A stretch of 64,000 nucleotides of DNA from Octopus sinensis (Eukaryota). The stretch spans positions 37,634,001 to 37,698,000 of the forward strand of contig NC_043007.1 in assembly GCF_006345805.1 (NCBI RefSeq), read 5' to 3'. Positions 26,130 to 39,410 of the stretch are shown piece after piece; position 1 is the first letter of the stretch, and each line of letters begins with the position of its first letter. Both the position numbers and the translations under genes were made by a program. Under the pieces are notes generated by a model, which was not told the DNA's origin, made no database searches, and was given only the letters and a program-made list of their open reading frames with translations.

Positions 26130-26720
26130 AAGGTTTTGAACTTTACATAAGTTTTTTATACTTTCTAAACTTTTTTGTACTCTTTATTTTCTCTCCCTGT
26201 TTCCTAGTGTTCCTTTCTGTGGAAGAGCATAGGCTCAAAACGTTAAAGACTTTTTCACTTCCTGAGCGTAAGACTAATACATATGTTTGTTATCTACACC
26301 ACCTGTCTTTGTCTTTTGTTTTTTTGGTGAATTCTCCCCATATATTACACACTCACGTCGCTGCACACTCTCCCCATATATTACACACTCACGTGTCTCC
26401 TCTCATCACCCAACGAACTTTTACGGATTCTCTACCTGGACTTTCTATTATCATACACTTCAGCTGCACCTCTCCTGCCCATGGATTACACCAGACTCCT
26501 CTGTTGATGAAAAATCACTTCAATACACCACGACATTCGAAGCTTATGGACCTTTTTAACTTTCGTATACTTTCTAAAGTTTTTTTGTACTCTCTATTTT
26601 CTCTCCTTGTTTCTTTCTGTGTTCTTTTCTGTGGAAGAGCATAGGCTCGAAACGTTAAAGACTTTTTCACTTCCCGAGCGTGAAACTAATACATCTGTTT
26701 GTTGTCTACACCACCTGTCT
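26130..26720 (+). mobile_element. Tandem PLE terminal repeats (412-bp period), each with a hammerhead-like motif
   Basis: ctgtggaagagcataggctc(a/g)aaacgttaaagac at 26217 and 26629 inside duplicated ~170-bp blocks homologous to 22720-22900. Confidence 0.75.
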
Positions 26721-27249
26721 TATGCCAAACTGCTAACTTACAGGGACATAACCTATATCAGCATCGGTTTTCAGGTGATGATGGGGGAAAAAACACAGAC
26801 ATACAAACATACACATATCTGCATATATATATATATATATATATATAAATATATACGATGGACTTCTTTTAGTTTCCATCCACCTAATCCACTTACAAGA
26901 CTTTGGTCATATTGAGGTACCATGCAGTGTGACTGAATCCGAGACCACGTGGTTGGTAAGCAAACGACTTACCATACAGATATTCCTGTGCCTTTGGATT
27001 TTGTGAACATCTAAAGAACACTGGCACCACACAGCTTTTGTTCAGCTTCCTCCAAAATATCATGGAAGGCCTTCTCACAATTACAACATAGTTTTCATTG
27101 AATGTTTTAGCACTTATATTGGAAACACTTATACTTGTGTTGGTAATTGATGATAATTTTACAGGTAGTGAAGAGTGTAAAGTCACTCCTTAATCATACC
27201 AGTTTTCCTCAAATATAGCAGTGACCCATTAATTGTCAGTTTGGTGGAG

Positions 27250-27500
27250 GATATATATATATATATATATAACACACACACACACATATATACAAATACA
27301 TGTATATGTATATACACACATACATATATATACACATGTATATATACATATATATATGTATATACACCCACACACATATATATATACATAAACACTTACA
27401 TATACATATACACAATATATTCATATATATACACATACACATATATACATATATATATACATACAACTATATATATGTGTAAGCACACACACAGACATAT

Positions 27501-27538
<38 letters not shown>

Positions 27539-27572
27539 TAAAGATATTTATGCATACACACACATATATACC

Positions 27573-27607
<35 letters not shown>

Positions 27608-27797
27608 GTATATATATACATACACAAACATATATATATATACATATGTATGTATACATATATATATACTTACCTATATTACATATATATATACATATAT
27701 ACATACATATATAGATATATATAGATTCATATACAAAGATATATATATGTACTCATACACATATATATATGTACTCATACATATATATATATGTACT

Positions 27798-27840
<43 letters not shown>

Positions 27841-28003
27841 ATATGCATATATATATACATATATACATGCATACATACATACATGTGTGTATGTACATAT
27901 ACATACACTCACTTAAAATAATATATATACATATTCGTATACGTAACATACAATTCAAACATGCAAGTTTGTGTATCTGTGTGCGTGTGTGTGTGTGTGT
28001 GTG

Positions 28004-28037
<34 letters not shown>

Positions 28038-28340
28038 TGTGTGAGTGTGTGTCTGTGTATGTGTGTGTGTGTGATTCTATAGACTGTGATATATATTACA
28101 GTTTTTCTTTGCCGTTCTCATATTTTTCCTTCATATCTCAGCCATATTTGTTTATCTTTACTAATTTCCAGTAAGCAATTAAGGGAATGTTTACTTTTCC
28201 ACAAAAATATCTCCAACAGGAAGTATGCTTTCAGGAACCAAACTGGTTAGGTGAGGTGTGAACCAGCAACACAGAATGATATTGTCATTCTATGTAGTTT
28301 CTGTCAAAATGAAGCACCAATCAGCTGAATTTAAAGTAGA

Positions 28341-28391
<51 letters not shown>

Positions 28392-28478
28392 AACTCAAGA
28401 AATAAAAAACAAAACCGACCACCGAGTTGGTAGCTTTTGTTTGAAACAAAAAGTAGTCTGCCTATCTCACTTTGTATT

Positions 28479-28530
<52 letters not shown>

Positions 28531-29113
28531 GATGTATATATGTATATATATATATATAATATATATATATATATATGCACATAAATATATATATATGCAC
28601 ATAAATATATATATGTATACATAAATATATGTATATACATATATATATATAAATATATAAGCATATACACATATTTTCTATATATACAGATATACTCCCC
28701 CCCCATATATATATATGTCTATGTGTATATATATATATATATACATAAATATATATATATGCATGTTTATAAATATACAAACATATACACATATTTTCTA
28801 TATATACAGATACACACACACACACACACACACATATATAATTATAATTAAGTGCATAGAAAAAATCTTGCCTATATGCTGAAAAGAGACACTAAATCGT
28901 TTAAATTGTGGTGATGATTTAAAGTGGTTAGATGGTTTAGCATCTCTTTTCAACATATAGGCAAGATTTTTTGATGCCCTTAATTATAATTATATATATA
29001 ACAATTTTATATATAGAGATTTCACCTAAACAAGTTTATTTTTATATACTGGCCACTGATAAAATTTTTAACGATTTTATCCTTTATTATTATAATTATA
29101 TATATATATATAT

Positions 29114-29154
<41 letters not shown>

Positions 29155-29360
29155 ATACATACATACATATATTTACACATATATGTATATATATATATAT
29201 ACATAAATATATATATATATAGATATATATACATGCATATATACAAAATATTTTTTCTTTTTTTTCTTGTTTATAATTGTTTATATTTTTCACCTTTAAA
29301 GGTATTTTATATACATGCACATATATATTTACATAAATATATATGTGTGTGTGTGTATAA
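27250..29360. repeat. Large (TA)/(CA)/(TG) microsatellite field with embedded ~140-bp palindrome (28840-28990)
   Basis: Low complexity; arms attataattaag..aaaaaatcttgcctatatg / catataggcaagatttttt..cttaattataat. Confidence 0.85.
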
Positions 29361-29379
29361 ATATATATGTAGTTGGAAT

Positions 29380-30920
29380 TTACAAAAAAAAAAGACAAGT
29401 GTGTAAACAACAAACAGATGTATTAGTTTAACGCTTTTAAAGTCTTTTATGTTTCGAGCCTACGCTCTTCAACAGAAAGGAATACAGGAATAAGCAGAGA
29501 GAGAAAATAAAAAAAGGTTTAGTGGCTAGCGATCAATCATAGTGAATACTGGACAGAGATGGTCAGACAGGAAAGCTAGAAAGAAGGGAAGATAAAAAAA
29601 GTAGTGGTGATCCCAAACAAAAGTGTGCATGTGTGTGTATGTGAGAGCGTGTATGTGCATGTGGATGGGGGCTGGTGACCTTGACGTGTGCGTGTGTGCA
29701 TGTATAGGTGTGTGGATGATGGTGTGGGTGTTGGGAAGTGGTCAGTACGAGTGCGTGTGGGGTAGTATGATGTGGTGTGGTATGGTGGTGTATGGTGTGG
29801 TGTGGTGGTGTTGGGATGTGGGAGAGGCGTGGGTAGTGGAAGCAAGGGTGGGTGTGGGTTGGGGTGTGAGGTATGTGGGAGTGAAATGTGTGGGATGGGG
29901 TGGGGGCGGGATGGGATGTATAGGGATGGAGGGGTGAGAATATGTAGGAGTGGGGTAACAATGGAGGGTGATGATGAAGGGAGAGAGTGGAAGGTTGAAG
30001 GTGGGTAGGAGTGAAGAGAGGAAATAGGTGTCAGAGGAAGGGAGGAGAAAGGAAGGGGTTAGATGAAAAGGGGAGGAGAGTTGAACCCATGTGGTGCAAA
30101 AGAGCAAAGAGAGAAGATTAATTTCTGCTCACAGTGAAGACAGGAGTCTGGATGGCCCCTGTGCAAGAACAATCTGAACACCGATAGGTGTTGTAAAGAA
30201 TAATTGGTAGAGTGGAAATGGCATGAGACCAGGGTGTCGCTGCTGTGTCTGATGCTGGTAGGTGTTCTGTGAACTGGTCAGCCAAGTGGAGCTCTGTTTG
30301 ACTGATGTACAGAGAAGGACAGAGAGAGCAGATGCAGTAGGTGACGTTGCTAGAAGTGCAATGAAGAAGTCAGTGATGTGATAGGATCGATGATGAGTGC
30401 CAGTAAGGATAGTGGTGTTGGAGAGGTAAGGGCAAGTGTGGCAGCATGGGCAGGAGCACAGAAATGAGCCGGTTTAGGAGATTGGGTTAGGGAAGAAACT
30501 GTGGACCAAGAGGTCACGTAGGTTGTGGGCTTGTTTGAAAGAGGGGAGAAGTCGATTAGGGGGTCGAACTGGAGTTGCCAGAAGGCTCAGAGAATGGTAG
30601 GTTGGAGAGGTAGGAAGGAGGGGAAACCAGAGACGAGTGAGGGCGGCGTGGGAGCGGGGGGGAGGGAGCAGATGCATGGTCCATGGAATGTGCTCTGGCA
30701 AAAGCAGTGTAGATAGTGGTGAAGAGATATCCACGTAGGGTGAAGTAGCGAGCCATGAGTTGAGACTGAATCTCAAAGTCATGGTTGTCACTGCACGTAC
30801 GGAGGAATTGGGAATAGGGGATGGAGAGCTTGGTGTGTTTAGGGTGGGAGGAGGAGAAGTTGAGGTATGAGTGTGAATCTGTGTGTTTGTAGTGGATGGA
30901 AGGGTGAGAATGGAGTGATG
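29380..30920 (-). mobile_element. Decayed Penelope-like element, same family as 22720-25300
   Basis: LPSFKQAHNLRDLLVHSFFP and MARYFTLRGY match the 23848-24384 ORF; hammerhead-like motif at 29443-29480. Confidence 0.88.
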
Positions 30921-30924
30921 AATG

Positions 30925-32385
30925 CTTAAAACTTTTCGCATGATGTGCTATGGACCCCCTGGGGGCAGAAAACCCCCGTTCCTAGCTTACATTGAAAAAG
31001 AAGATAACTTATTGCGAAGTAACGTTCAGAAATTGATTGTCTCCCTTACATCCATTGGTCAAAAACTTATCACAATCTCATCTAACAAATAAAATAGAGA
31101 TGTGTATGTATTCGCTTTTCACACGTATCTCTATCTCTATATATCTGTCTATATCTTATATATCTATATCTATTTTATTTGTCTAACTAGCTAGCTCTCT
31201 TCCCTCACTCTATATTGTTTTTACTTTCATTTTTCAGACGCTGCTGTGTTCACTTTCATTTTTCAGATGCTGTTGTGTTCACTGTTGGTGTAGTTTGTGG
31301 TGGTGCATTGTGTGTGGTTGGCGTTAAAGGTATTAGTAAGTGGGTTCCTGTTATTTGGGCTGCTTCTAGGGTGTTTAGGGTTTAGGTATTTGATTTTTTT
31401 TGTTTATATCCTGATTTCCGTAGTGTGGAATTATAGGCTTCTTTATGTCTGTTGGAAGAGAGGCGTGATATTCTATTGCTAATGCTATGTACTAGGCTTC
31501 TCTTAATCAAGTTGGGGTGATTACTTGCAGCATTAATGTATTTGAGGTTCGTGTTGGGTTTCATGTAGGGTTCATAGAGTCCTGTGGCTAGGTTGCAGGT
31601 TGTGTCTAAGTAGTTAATAAAGGTGTGTTTCTTTTCGATAGTCCAAATCTTTTGAAGAATTTATGTAGTTTTTTCTTGATAAGCTCTAGTTTTCTATTTG
31701 AGGGTTTCTTAATTATGAAGAGTGCATCATCTCTGTATAATCTGCCTTCCGGGAATTCATCCCATATGTATGATAGTAGATAGATGCCTACCAGATCAGT
31801 TACTTGTGCTGAATCTGGGGCTCCATGGTGATATCAAAAGAGTTAGGGGTATCTTTACATACCCAGAGTTTGTTAACAAAGCTAATAAGTGATTTCCTTG
31901 CTTCCAATATTACATTTATTTCCTTCCTGTTCAATTGTGTGATTTTTGGCATATATTAGGATCATAGGGTTAATTGAGGAGTAGTAGTCTATTATGTCCA
32001 TCTGTATGAATTTGTAGTTGCTCTTGTTTTGTATGTTGGAGAACCAATTAATGGCTTCATGCGTTGGACCATAATTCTAGGGTTATTTTACTTGTTAGCT
32101 TAGGGATGTATTTATCAAATATTAGTTTGCTAAATTTACATGTCTGATTTGTTAGGGCATATTAATCTTACTTTAGTATCAGTTAGGAAGTTAGGTTTAT
32201 GGTCTTTTATAGTGATGCAAGGTCTGGATGGCACGAAGGGTTTAGTTTTGTCCGCTAGGTTGTAGTCATTCATAATTTCCTTGGCTGCTAAGTTCATAGA
32301 TCTTAAGGTGTCATCTGGTGCTAATTTATATCTTTTAGTGATTTCCTTATGTAGCAGTTGGTGGTATAAGGTGACTTCCAGGGAC
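30925..32385 (-). mobile_element. Decayed Penelope-like element, second family (RT)
   Basis: ITIKDHKPNFLTDTKVRLICPNKSDM and MKPNTNLKYINAASNHPNLIKRSLVHSISNRISRLSSN; YRDD-like motif near 31725-31740. Confidence 0.8.
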
Positions 32386-32442
32386 AGTATATATATATAT
32401 ATGCGCATACACCTGCACATATGTGTGTTTATATATATATAT

Positions 32443-32720
32443 AGGTGCAGGTGTGGTTGTGTGGTAAGAAACTTGTTTCCAAAGCACATGGCCTTTGTTT
32501 CAGTACCACTGTGTAGTAACTTGGCATGTGGCATGTGTCTTCTGCTATAGCCTCAAATCAACCAAAGCCTTGTGAGTGGATTTGGTAGACAGAAACTGAA
32601 AGAAATCCATCGTGTATATATATATATATATATATAAGTGTATGTGTGTGTCTTTGTGTTGGTGTTTCTCCCTCATCACTGCTTGACAAGAAGAGACCGA
32701 CAGAATAAGTACCAAGTCAT
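32443..32720 (+). mobile_element. SINE family A (partial)
   Basis: Homology to 17444-17840. Confidence 0.8.
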
Positions 32721-33001
32721 CAAGGCAGTGTCTCATATTTTTGTTTGCCCGCTCAGTTGTATCTATCAATCTATCTTGTGTATATATATATAATACACAC
32801 ACACACACACACATACATACATATATGCATATACATGTATGTATATGTGCATATATATATCTATTATATAAAAGTTAATGTCTTTAAGTGTGTTCGTGTG
32901 CTACCTATAAAGAAATCATTTGTGTGCCCCAGTTCATTCAAGAGAGCAGAAATGACCTGTTCAACTTGACGCTGGCATGTAAAATGATGATGACGAAGAT
33001 G

Positions 33002-33047
<46 letters not shown>

Positions 33048-33049
33048 CA

Positions 33050-33410
33050 AGTACATCAACATCAAAAAAATCAAATGGAAATTGTAGTTGTGATACCTGT
33101 TCCGGTGGCATGTGAGAAGCACCATCCAAACGTGACCGATGCCAGCACCACCTTGACTGGCTTCCATGCCGGTGGCACATAAAAAGCACCAGCTGATCGT
33201 GGCCGTTGCCAGCCTCGCCTGGCACATATGCCAGTGGCACGTAAAAAGCACCCACTACACTCACGGAGTGGTTGGCGTTAGGAAGGGCATTCAGCTGTAG
33301 AAACACTGCCATATCAGACTGAAACCTGGTGCAGCCTCCTGGCTTCCCAGACTCCAGTCAAACCGTTCAACCCATGCTAGCATGGAAAGCGGATGTTAAA
33401 CGATGATGAT
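33050..33410 (+). mobile_element. SINE-like family C
   Basis: Family core and (gat)n tail. Confidence 0.85.
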
Positions 33411-33743
33411 AAATATATACACACATACATACATATACACACATATACAAATACACATATACATACATATATATCAGCACACAGACGATGTACTGATGCT
33501 GTTACAATTGGAAGAGTTAGCCCAAGTAGATAACAGCACTGTCCTATCATCATTGGTTGGAACAACACTACTTTCACATATGATCCAATCTGTTATACTC
33601 CTTGTTAGATATCATTGCATTTGGTTGAGCTACTCCTGCAATTGAGAAGTAGCTGAGATAATTTATGGAAGACAGACGAGGTCTACTTCCAAAGAAAAAG
33701 ATACACAATGTTTAACAATCACTGGTGTAAGGGGTCTTAGGAA

Positions 33744-33749
33744 TTTATT
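33744..33749 (-). terminator. Candidate polyadenylation signal (AATAAA) of the NUDT14-like gene
   Basis: AATAAA on the minus strand ~190 nt after the stop codon; AT-rich context makes a chance match likely. Confidence 0.3.
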
Positions 33750-33940
33750 ATTAATCTAGACAATGTCAAATGTTTACTGGTACTTGAATATATAAGCATA
33801 TTACATATGTATACATATGCATGATAAATATATATATATGTGAGTAGGTATATGATAATGTGTGTACATTGAAAGGTGATTGAAGACCGGTTCATAAAAT
33901 ATGCAAATATGTTTAATTATATAGTGCATATATACATATT

Positions 33941-34169
33941 TCACTCCTTCCATTTTGTATCAAAAAACCAATATATCGCAAAATGTAAGCCACCAGGTTT
34001 AGGCTCAGATTCATCCATCACAAACGCTTTAGCGTTTTTCACAGGGACTTCCAAAAGTTCAATCATTTCTCCTTCCTCTGGAACCCCTCCACCCTTGCTG
34101 ACCCTCATTTTGTCATCGATCTCAGCATAGAAAAAGGTAACGAGTGCACCTGTAGTGCTGACACCCCCT
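33941..34169 (-). CDS. NUDT14: NUDT14-like exon 5 (last coding exon)
   Basis: ttttgcag| then (R)GGVSTTGALVTFFYAEIDDKMRVSKGGGVPEEGEMIELLEVPVKNAKAFVMDESEPKPGGLHFAIYWFFDTKWKE-TGA. Confidence 0.92.
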
Positions 34170-34217
34170 CTGCAAAAGAGAAAAAGAACCAGTGTTAGTT
34201 TCAGATGTTTATACTCG

Positions 34218-34442
34218 TTTCTTTATTACCCACAAGGGGCTAAACATAGAGGGGACAAACAAGGACAAAGGGATTAAGTTGAATACATCGACCCCAGTGT
34301 GTAACTGGTGCTTAATTTATTGACCCTGAAAGGATGAAAGGCAAAGTCGACCTTGGCGGAATTTGAACTCAGAATGTAATGGCAGACGAAATACGGCCAC
34401 GCGTTTCGCCCGGCGTGCTAACGGTTCTGCCAGCTTGCTACC
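34218..34442 (-). mobile_element. tRNA-derived SINE family B
   Basis: gagctggcagaa..ttagcacgccgggcgaaa..gagttcaaattccgccgaggtcgactttgcctttcatcctttcggggtcg; about 8 copies in the window. Confidence 0.88.
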
Positions 34443-35554
34443 TTTTAGATGTTTATACTGCTCACTAAAAGTTTCTATACATGTGTGAATGCACATATAC
34501 ATACACACACACACACACACACACAAACACATCTGTGTTTGTTTAGAGTCACTCTGCATTTAACAGTTATGCTAGAGTTTCTGAAGCAAAGTGTTAACTA
34601 ATGGGTTGGAAGAGAGAGATAATTAACACGCACATATTTCACATTTATTTTTACATCCATTTTTTCCATGTTAGCATGGGTTAGATGAAAATATTATTCA
34701 GGCATTGTTCACAGCCAGATATCCTTTTTGTTATTAGCCTTTAGCTGTTTTTCAAGCAATGGATTTCTTGGACCACATTTCTTTGAAGGCAAAGCCAGTA
34801 GATGATTTATCAACAGAGGAAATGACATCATGGCTTACAGGTCAGTATTTTCAGAGAAGCACAAATATAAACAAACACAGACACAGACACACATACATAT
34901 ATATGTATAGCCAATTCGAATAAATTAATAAAATTAACTGAGAACAAGAGGACGTGCACAAGGAATGTATTAGCTTGATGTTTGGTGAAAAGAGAGAGTT
35001 TGATGCTTCAAGCATAGCTCTTTGTTGGAAAGGAGAAATCCTAAGATGGGGAAAAAAAAATCGCCAACAGCATGTGTAGTTACATTGCTGAATTTATATA
35101 TATTAACACATATTCTTTTATTCGTTTCAGTCATTTGATTGCGGCCATAATGGAGCACCGCCTGCGCCTGTGTATATATATATAATTTTAACTAACAGAA
35201 AGAAGTGAACTTGTTGGTGAGCAGCCAGTTGATGTTTTGTGGAGGCACGCTTCAACACCAGGGGGAACAACTCAGGCAGTCAACCATTTTCTTTAAGATT
35301 AACAGTTTCATGTGAGAATTAAGTACCTTCACTACAGAGAGTTGGAACAGGAAACGAAATGCCAACCTGTAAATTATATAGTTCAAGACATTATCGACAG
35401 AGAAATGTTTAGAGCTAAAAACCAAACATAATAGGTGCCATAAAATATCAGGTTAAATATCTAAAAATATATTCCTTCATGTAGCTAGAGCAAATCAACC
35501 ATCGCAGCCTGGTTCTTTCTAAGCCATATCTATAGATCAATTCATGTAGCTTGA

Positions 35555-35915
35555 TACTCTTTTACTCGCTTGTCATTTGACTGTGGCCATGCTGGAGTAC
35601 CGCCTTTAGTCAAGCAAATCGACCCCAGGACTTATGCTTTGTAAGCCTAGTACTTATTCTATCGGTCTCCTTTGCCAAACCACTAAGTTACGGGGACATA
35701 AACACACCAGCATCGGTTGTCAAGTGATGTGGGGGGGAGGAACAAACACACACACACACACACATACACATATATGATGGGCTTCTTTCAATTTCCGTCT
35801 ATCAAATCCACTCACAAGGCTTTGGTTGGCCCAAGGCTATAGTAGAAAACACTTGTCCAAAGTGCCACGCAGTGGGAATGAACCCAGAACCATGTGGTTC
35901 ACAGCCACTCCTGTG
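35555..35915 (-). mobile_element. SINE family A
   Basis: Homology to 17444-17840. Confidence 0.88.
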
Positions 35916-36295
35916 CTTGATAGACAAATACTATAAAATTAATCTGGATGACTGCAAGGCACTGTTCACCACTGAACATAGAAAGAAGAGGAGTCATGAT
36001 TTGACATTAAGACTTAGAGTCTTGATAACTCAAAATTTCCATGAGTCATTAGAGAAGAGAGGGATACCACTAGGAGAGAGGGGTACCTCTCTTGTTACTT
36101 ACCATCCAAAATAAAACATGCCAAAAATCAAAACCTGAATATTTTATGTCAGAATTATGGAAACATGCAAAATTAACCAGCTTTATCAAATTTTTTAATG
36201 CAAGAGAACCGAATGTAAAGATAGATATGTAATTAAACACCAACATTTAAATTCCTAAGATTTTAAATGGTTGAGGGAACCTTTTTCTTCCTTAC

Positions 36296-36509
36296 CTGTA
36301 GGACACAACTCTTTCAATATTATCCAAAGGCACTTCGTATCCACATTCTTCAAGGATCTCTGCCTGGACCACTTCCTGTAAGGAGATATTTTTGTCTACT
36401 ATGCCAGCACACAATTCGGTCGTTATTCCTAGTTCACCAGTGTACTTTGAGGTGTCAATCTTCTGAACTCCTTTCTCTTCATGCATGCAACTTCGGTTCA
36501 TGTATATGA
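36296..36509 (-). CDS. NUDT14: NUDT14-like exon 4 (Nudix box)
   Basis: tgtttcag|...|gtaag; (V)IYMNRSCMHEEKGVQKIDTSKYTGELGITTELCAGIVDKNISLQEVVQAEILEECGYEVPLDNIERVVSY(R). Confidence 0.93.
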
Positions 36510-37049
36510 CTGAAACAGTTTGATAACATTTACTAAGTTAGCTTAGTTCTACAAAACAGCTCAATATAAAGAAAAGATTGGCTAGGAAGACTTAGAATAT
36601 AACAGAGATAAAATGTAAAAATGTACAGCATCAACAGCAGCAGCCATTCAAGAATTTGGACCTGGAGATCTCCATTTCCAGCAACTTTGAGGGCCACCTC
36701 CCAGTGGTGTCGGGCGTCAACTACAACAAAATGATCAAATTTTTTCTTTTTCCAAGGTCTGGGGTCTCCTGCCCCTAAGCCCTAGACCATCACCTAATCA
36801 CCCTTACCCGCCTTGTTGCTTAACAACAACAACAACAACAGCAGCAGCAGTCAGAAGAGATTTTTTTTTGTGCTCTTGCAATTTGGTCCATATAAATCTG
36901 TTTGTCTACCTTGGTTACACTCTCTTTCTCTTCCAATTGGATAAGGTGTGTTATTCCTAATTCAAAAGTCTTCTATCAATCTCATTTTGTATTTGAGTAA
37001 AGTTAATTCTGCTTATGTCAAATTTACCAAAACTTTCAGGAATAAGTAT

Positions 37050-37452
37050 TTATTTCTTTATTGCCCACAAGGGCCCAAACAAGGACAGACAAAGAGATTA
37101 AGTTGATTACATCGACTCCAGTGTGTAACTGGTACTTAATTTGTCGACCCTGAAAGGATGAAAAGCAAAGTCGACCTCGGCGGAATTTGAACTCAGAACG
37201 TAATGACAGACAAAATACCTATTTCTTTACTACCCACAAGGGGCCAAACACAGAGGGGACAAACAAGGACAGACAAACGGATTAAGTCAATTACGTCAAC
37301 CCCAGTGCGTAATTGGTACTTGTTTAATCGACCTTGAAAGGATGAAAGGCAAAGTCGACCTCAGCGGAATTTGAACTCAGAACGTAACGACAAACAAAAT
37401 ACTGCTAAGCATTTCACCTGGCATGCTAACGTTTCTGCCAGCTCACCGCCTT
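37050..37452 (-). mobile_element. SINE family B with tandemly duplicated body
   Basis: Body/tail segment present twice (37050-37220 and 37220-37452). Confidence 0.85.
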
Positions 37453-38693
37453 TCAGGAATAAGTACTATTAATAGATTGTCTTAGAACGTTACAGTTTCT
37501 CATTATCTGGAGAAGGCAAAAAAGAAACTATTCCAATGTAGTCTTTTCTAGGTACAAACAAGATAAAATATTGTACAACCAAAAGAATACAGCCTCGGTT
37601 CAGATCCACTGTACACATTTTTGGAGGAAACGATAACTTTTTTATGTTATTATTTCTGGTGGAATAGGTTATGTTCAAAGCCATGCCAAGTCTTCCAATA
37701 CCTGCAAGATTAATATTGAAGTTCATCTTGAATAACTGCAAGTCAATGACTAGAGGGAAAGCAGGAAATTCCAGATGTTCATGGAAAAAAGGATTGGTCT
37801 TAGTGGTTAGTGCAGGGTTTGGTGAAATGTGCACACACAAGTTATAGTAGTAGCAACTGAAAAGGCACAATGAGATAGCACATGTGTGAGGGGTTGGAGA
37901 GTGCTGGTGAGCCGTTTTATGGTTGACATTTGGCTGGACTTCTACAGATTAAGGTGAGTTAATGCATAGAAAAAAAGGCGCACATACAAATGTAGAATCT
38001 GAAAGTCAATTATCCAATGTTCTTCTTTTAGAAAATATGTGCTGGAGCCCACAACTTGGGCCATAAATACATTCACTTGTATGTATATAGCCTGAAGATT
38101 TCTCTCCCTCCAGCATCACTCTCCGGGTCAATGGAGCACAGAGGTACTTCACCGCGACAAGGTACTTGTTGAATTAGCTGTTGACTCCGCAGTAGTTCTT
38201 CCACCCTTTGACGGGTTTTATCTTTCATCCCGCAGGGTGTCCAACAATCACCCTCCTCACCAAGCAACCTTAATGGGATTGCCAGTTTAGTCACTGACGA
38301 CCCGACCATGTGACAGGTTGTACTGATAAGCAAAAAGGATTGGATGACCATGTGTAGAAAACCTTTCTGTATATTTCTGTCCGATCTGGGGCTAAACATC
38401 AACAACACCAATGTCAAACACATTATCAATGAGACAAAAGTGAAACCCATGTTGTCACACTCACTGCTAGAAAAAACAACAAAATCTGTCTAAAATTACA
38501 GTTTAATTCATAAGAAGAAGGACACTTTGGACAATATAGTCACTGATATACAAAAAAAGATGAGATTGCCAGTAGAAGGCATATTGGAAAGTATTTTGTT
38601 TGAAATTCTAAGAATTCTACCAAACTACTACTACCACCACCACCATCACAGCAACAATAAAAACAAAAAAAAAACAAAAATAAAAACACTCAC

Positions 38694-38758
38694 CAGGACG
38701 GAATTGCTTGACAAACAACAAAACTTGTCGCTGCCGGTTGAACAACAAGACACAGACA
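38694..38758 (-). CDS. NUDT14: NUDT14-like exon 3
   Basis: tttacttcag|...|gtgagt; (S)VCVLLFNRQRQVLLFVKQFRP(V), 65 nt. Confidence 0.92.
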
Positions 38759-39124
38759 CTGAAGTAAAGATGTAAAGAAGAAAGATATATGTTTAGTTTT
38801 TATTGAAGCAAACAGATAGAAATTAAAATTACACACAATACAAGCAACTATAGTTACACTTACATATACAGTTTATTGACTGAGGTTGTACTAGAGTCTT
38901 ACCTGTCCTACACTGTACTAGAGTCTTACCTGTCTTATACTGTACAAGAGTGTTACCTGTCCTATAACAGGTTATATAGGTAACAATTATTATAATTATA
39001 CAGTTTTTAAAATTTCTTGGTGCATATAAACTAACAAAACAGAAACTAATTTTCAAAATTAAAATCATCATCATAATCATCATTATTAAATTAAAATCAA
39101 ATCAAATGCAAGAGCAATGCCTTA

Positions 39125-39410
39125 AAGGGTGTTAGTCAAAGAAATCATCCCCAGGACTTATTCTTTGTAAACCTATGCTATCAGTCTCTTTTGCTGATCT
39201 GCCAATTTACAGGAACATAAACACACACACACACACACACACATACACAACAGGCTTCTTTCAGTTTCTGTCTACCAAATCCACTCACAAGGCTTTGGTT
39301 GGCCTGAGGTCATAGTAGAAGACACTTGCCCCATGTGCCATACAGTGTGACTGAACCCAGAACCATGTGGTTGCGAAGCAAGTTTCTTACCATACAACAA
39401 TGCCTGCATC
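39125..39410 (-). mobile_element. SINE family A (partial)
   Basis: Homology to family A. Confidence 0.8.

Noticed and set aside
37450-37900. Very decayed LINE-like fragments (also ~39700-40340, 53150-53850, 57490-57900)
   Set aside because: Too degenerate to classify or bound reliably by eye.
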